A stretch of DNA of 64,000 nucleotides from Selaginella moellendorffii (lineage: Eukaryota > Plantae > Lycopodiophyta), in contig NW_003314366.1 of assembly GCF_000143415.4 (NCBI RefSeq), forward strand, positions 462,132 to 526,131, written 5' to 3'. The translations under genes were made by a program, and so were the position numbers. Shown here one piece after another: positions 60,981 to 64,000 of this stretch (positions within the stretch are counted from its first letter, which is position 1; every line of letters begins with the position of its first letter). Under the pieces are notes generated by a model. It searched no databases. It worked only from the letters and a program-made list of their open reading frames with translations, and was not told the DNA's origin.

Positions 60981-62345
60981 TTTATGAGTAAGACATGAAT
61001 GTAAAAAGTTGTATTTCAATGAGCTAGCACCTCAAAAGTAGTTATGAGGCTAGAGTGTTATGGGTCGTTAAATTAACAAAGTCTAAAAAGTTGGATGACT
61101 TAAGTGGAGTCAAGGAATGGTCCTAAAGAATTGATAGAAGCATTTGGACTAAGGTGTGTTGTACCCAATGAAGGATGGGGAGGATCATAAGATCCAAATA
61201 TGTGAACAATGGGTATTTCATTGACGGCAGAATGTGTCATACTAAAATCGTGGGACAGGTGTTCCTAGAAGAAAGTAACTGTGGTACAGAGTTGTGTGTG
61301 AACACCATAGTGTAGTGCTAATTGATAGTGGGCATGAGAAACAACTGCTTTGGTCTTGGCAAAGATCTAGACACAAGTGAAAAATGTTGTGAAAGTAGGC
61401 TCATAAAGCTAATGGGTTGGAGACCTAAATATCTCAAGGAATGAGGCCTTGAAGTCAAGTTGGTTGATTCATGAGAAAAAGGAATCTCAATAAAAATAAG
61501 ATTGCCATAACCTAAGCTGGAAGGCATGCAATTCAAATGTGTAGTCCCAAATAATGATGGAGGTGTGGAATCACTAGCAATGCGTTGTAAGACTTAACAA
61601 TTGTGAGATAACTAAGCAAATATATGGTATAATTAATTGGATTGGTAGAGGTTAACTTCCCAAAAAATATTATTGGGATAAGAAGGTTAGATATATCCTA
61701 TGGGGGTATAAATTGATTATGTTACAAGTCAATGTCATAAAGGGAAATGTTCATTGTCAAAGAAGGCCATCATTGGGACACCTAAACACTCTAAAACACC
61801 AAGAAGTGGTGTTTGATATCATGAGCACTAGATAAGGCTCAAAAGACTAATTCTTTAGTGAATAATGGATATAAGGTGCTATCTAATGTCCAAGGTTGCG
61901 GAGATGGGAGAAGTCCATTTATCCAAATTGGACAAAGCCAAAAGAGATGGCAAGACTAGTGACGGGAACATAAAGGCTCATAAGTAGCAATGTTAATCCT
62001 GGTATATAAGATTACAAGGTGAGCATATTTGGATTGAGGAACCACTCCCTAAGCTTTCGGGTAGGTTCATCCTTAAGAATACTTGCTAAGACATGGTAGA
62101 AAGTGCAAAACTATCCTCCTAGCTTGGAAGAGAATTACCGAAAGAAATATGTAACACCAAAAGTAAATAGTAAAAGGATATAACCAAACTATATTAATCA
62201 AAGGGCATGACCGAGAGTGGTTATGCAAGTTGGGAGTGGAGAATTAAGTGGGTGTTCAAAAGTGTTGCTATTGGCAATCGTGATGCCATAGAAACTTTAA
62301 AGTATAGAATCATCCATATTAAACCATATAGTAATTAGAAAACAT
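60981..62345 (+). mobile_element. Old element X internal region (continuation of 34938-36642, now inverted)
   Basis: Reverse-complement similarity to ~55075-56385. Confidence 0.85.
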
Positions 62346-62987
62346 GGCGAAAGGCGGGGAGAGTACCCATGAGGCTTGCGTAAGGCCATGGTGTTCCGAA
62401 ATGTTGTCCCAAAGTCCCAAACGTTGAAAGGGAAGAGGAGTAGGCGTCTAATGCAGTGACCAAGGATACAGTCACATGGTGAGGAAGTCCCAAAGGATAG
62501 TGGGACTTAGCGGTCAAGCCTGCGGGCCTTGATCCAGTGGCAGTGTTGGCAAACATGGCCATGGACTAAAAGGGACTTGGTGGGGACTGGAAAAGAGTTG
62601 TCGGGGAAGGCTATTCCCCATGTCTGCGGGCAGCCTAAGGATGCTAAGGAGTAAATCTGGGATGATTGCTCATGGACGGATGGCCCAGTCTTCGAGAGAC
62701 GGGATTATGATGTAGGTGGCGTTAGACCACCGGTGTGACCAAGGTGAATGGGCATGGCCTAGCGTAACGGGCTGGTATGTCGGTGGTACCTTGGGGTGTC
62801 GGTCATGAGATCGAACACGTGGAGCACTTGGACCAAGTGCAAAGGTTGAGTGGCATGGATGCCATTCTCAGGGCTGGCAAGCCCCAAGTCCTAACTAGGA
62901 CTTATGGAGGCTGTGAATGAGACTCCTCCAAGTGGTTGAAGGTGCAGTTAAGTGACTAAAGTAAAATGGAAAAATTAGTCACTTACA
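62346..62987 (+). repeat. Second part of the young X 3' LTR (inverted relative to the rest)
   Basis: 642 bp, near-identical to the reverse complement of 57005-57646; followed by CTTTA (TSD TAAAG on the minus strand). Confidence 0.92.
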
Positions 62988-63736
62988 CTTTAGTCAGGTT
63001 GTTCCAGCTTGGGACATCACCATTAGCATCTGGAAGACCATCTAGCATGTCAAAGAGCATGAATTTTGTGCTCTTGAGTGGTCGCCTATGGATCTTCTGA
63101 CAAAAGCGCTCCAACTTTTGCCGGATAGCCATATTCTCGTCATCCTTCTCAAAAGATGCCATTAATGAACTGTAGGAGCCAATGGAATGCCACTGGAGAA
63201 ACAAAGCGAATCTAAGGGGAGAAGACAAAGATAAGATGTGAACTTAAGAAAATTTTATATACCATCATGTGGCATGTGGTAGATGTAAGTTCCTCCAGGT
63301 CCTCTTCTTGGGCATCAAGACAAGTTGGAATGAAGTTACTCCCAACAGTTTTTTCTGCAACCATTTTGAGGAAATAAGAAAAGGAGAGAATTAAGAGAAA
63401 TATACATCGAGAAGTTCCTTGGTTATGGGGACATCTTGAACGATCATCATCACTGTTGACTAATACCTCCAGATGTGGATTTGCACGCTTTCGTCGAGGT
63501 AGAACTTCTTTGACATTCTAGTTCTCTTGCTGGACTTCGTCTCGAGGAATTTCTTGCAAGTCGTTCTCACTGCCATCTTTAGTCTCCTTGCCATTGGCAT
63601 CAACAATGTCGACATTCTCATGGCCATCATCTTCGTCATCTGGCATGTCTTCATTGTTGCCTCTTACAACCTCTCGGTGGGTTGGTGCATAATCTGGCAT
63701 CTCCAATTCCCAAGGACAAGCTCTTTATTGCTGTTG
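62988..63736 (-). pseudogene. 5' half of the MTase-fold gene (acidic exon plus exon ending FMLFDMLDGLPDANGDVPSWNNLTK)
   Basis: Spliced minus-strand fragments, one in-frame stop at 63518; joins in frame to 58804 through the TSD. Confidence 0.7.
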
Positions 63737-64000
63737 GGGGATGGTCCAAAGCTGAGTTGAGCTCAATTTAACACAAGTCAACTCAAGTCAACATAGTCAA
63801 TAAGAAGTATTACAAAGGAAATCTAAATTGAACAAATGAATGTTCTAGCAAACTTTAAAATATTAAAATACGTAAATATCTGAGTTAAAAGTTTCTATAA
63901 GATTGAAATGTTTAAAAAAAACAAAGTTCATGAGAACCTATCTTTTATAAAACTATATTATTTTATTATGACAACTATTACAGCTGTCATATTTGATTTG
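63737..64000. mobile_element. Start of another copy of the GGGGATGGTCCAAA-terminus transposon, running off the window
   Basis: Terminal match to 60880-60980; interrupts the gene fragment. Confidence 0.7.

Overview
Eukaryotic plant DNA, most likely a Selaginella-type lycophyte (inferred from SS-rich PLS-PPR genes, ~50-nt introns and GC-rich genes among decayed LTR elements). There are three host genes: a THESEUS1/FERONIA-family CrRLK1L receptor kinase (-) and two convergent PLS-E PPR editing-factor genes. The rest is nested mobile DNA: four decayed copies of a compact Ty3/Gypsy family, a chromovirus fragment, and several copies of an apparently non-coding LTR element ('X', 1.5-1.8-kb LTR, iMet PBS). 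The main find is a 13.26-kb DNA transposon (41463-54720; perfect 24-bp TIRs, 4-bp TSD CACT). It encodes a Sola-like transposase, a divergently transcribed 10-exon ~1640-aa gene (ParB-like + amino-methyltransferase-like + acidic linker + FCP1/HAD phosphatase-like) and an 85-aa ORF. About 25 copies of a 22-bp palindrome (ATGGCRTGnGGCCnCAYGCCAT) are spread through it, including inside its tiny introns; this suggests a ParB/parS-like or VANC-like self-targeting system. A second DNA-transposon family (GGGGATGGTCCAAA ends) carries a homolog of the small ORF and a clearer N4/N6-MTase-fold gene. That gene was split by element X (TSD TAAAG), and its halves were put on opposite strands by a ~23.4-kb inversion (38959-62345). 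Domain calls come from reading motifs by eye and need HMM or structure confirmation.
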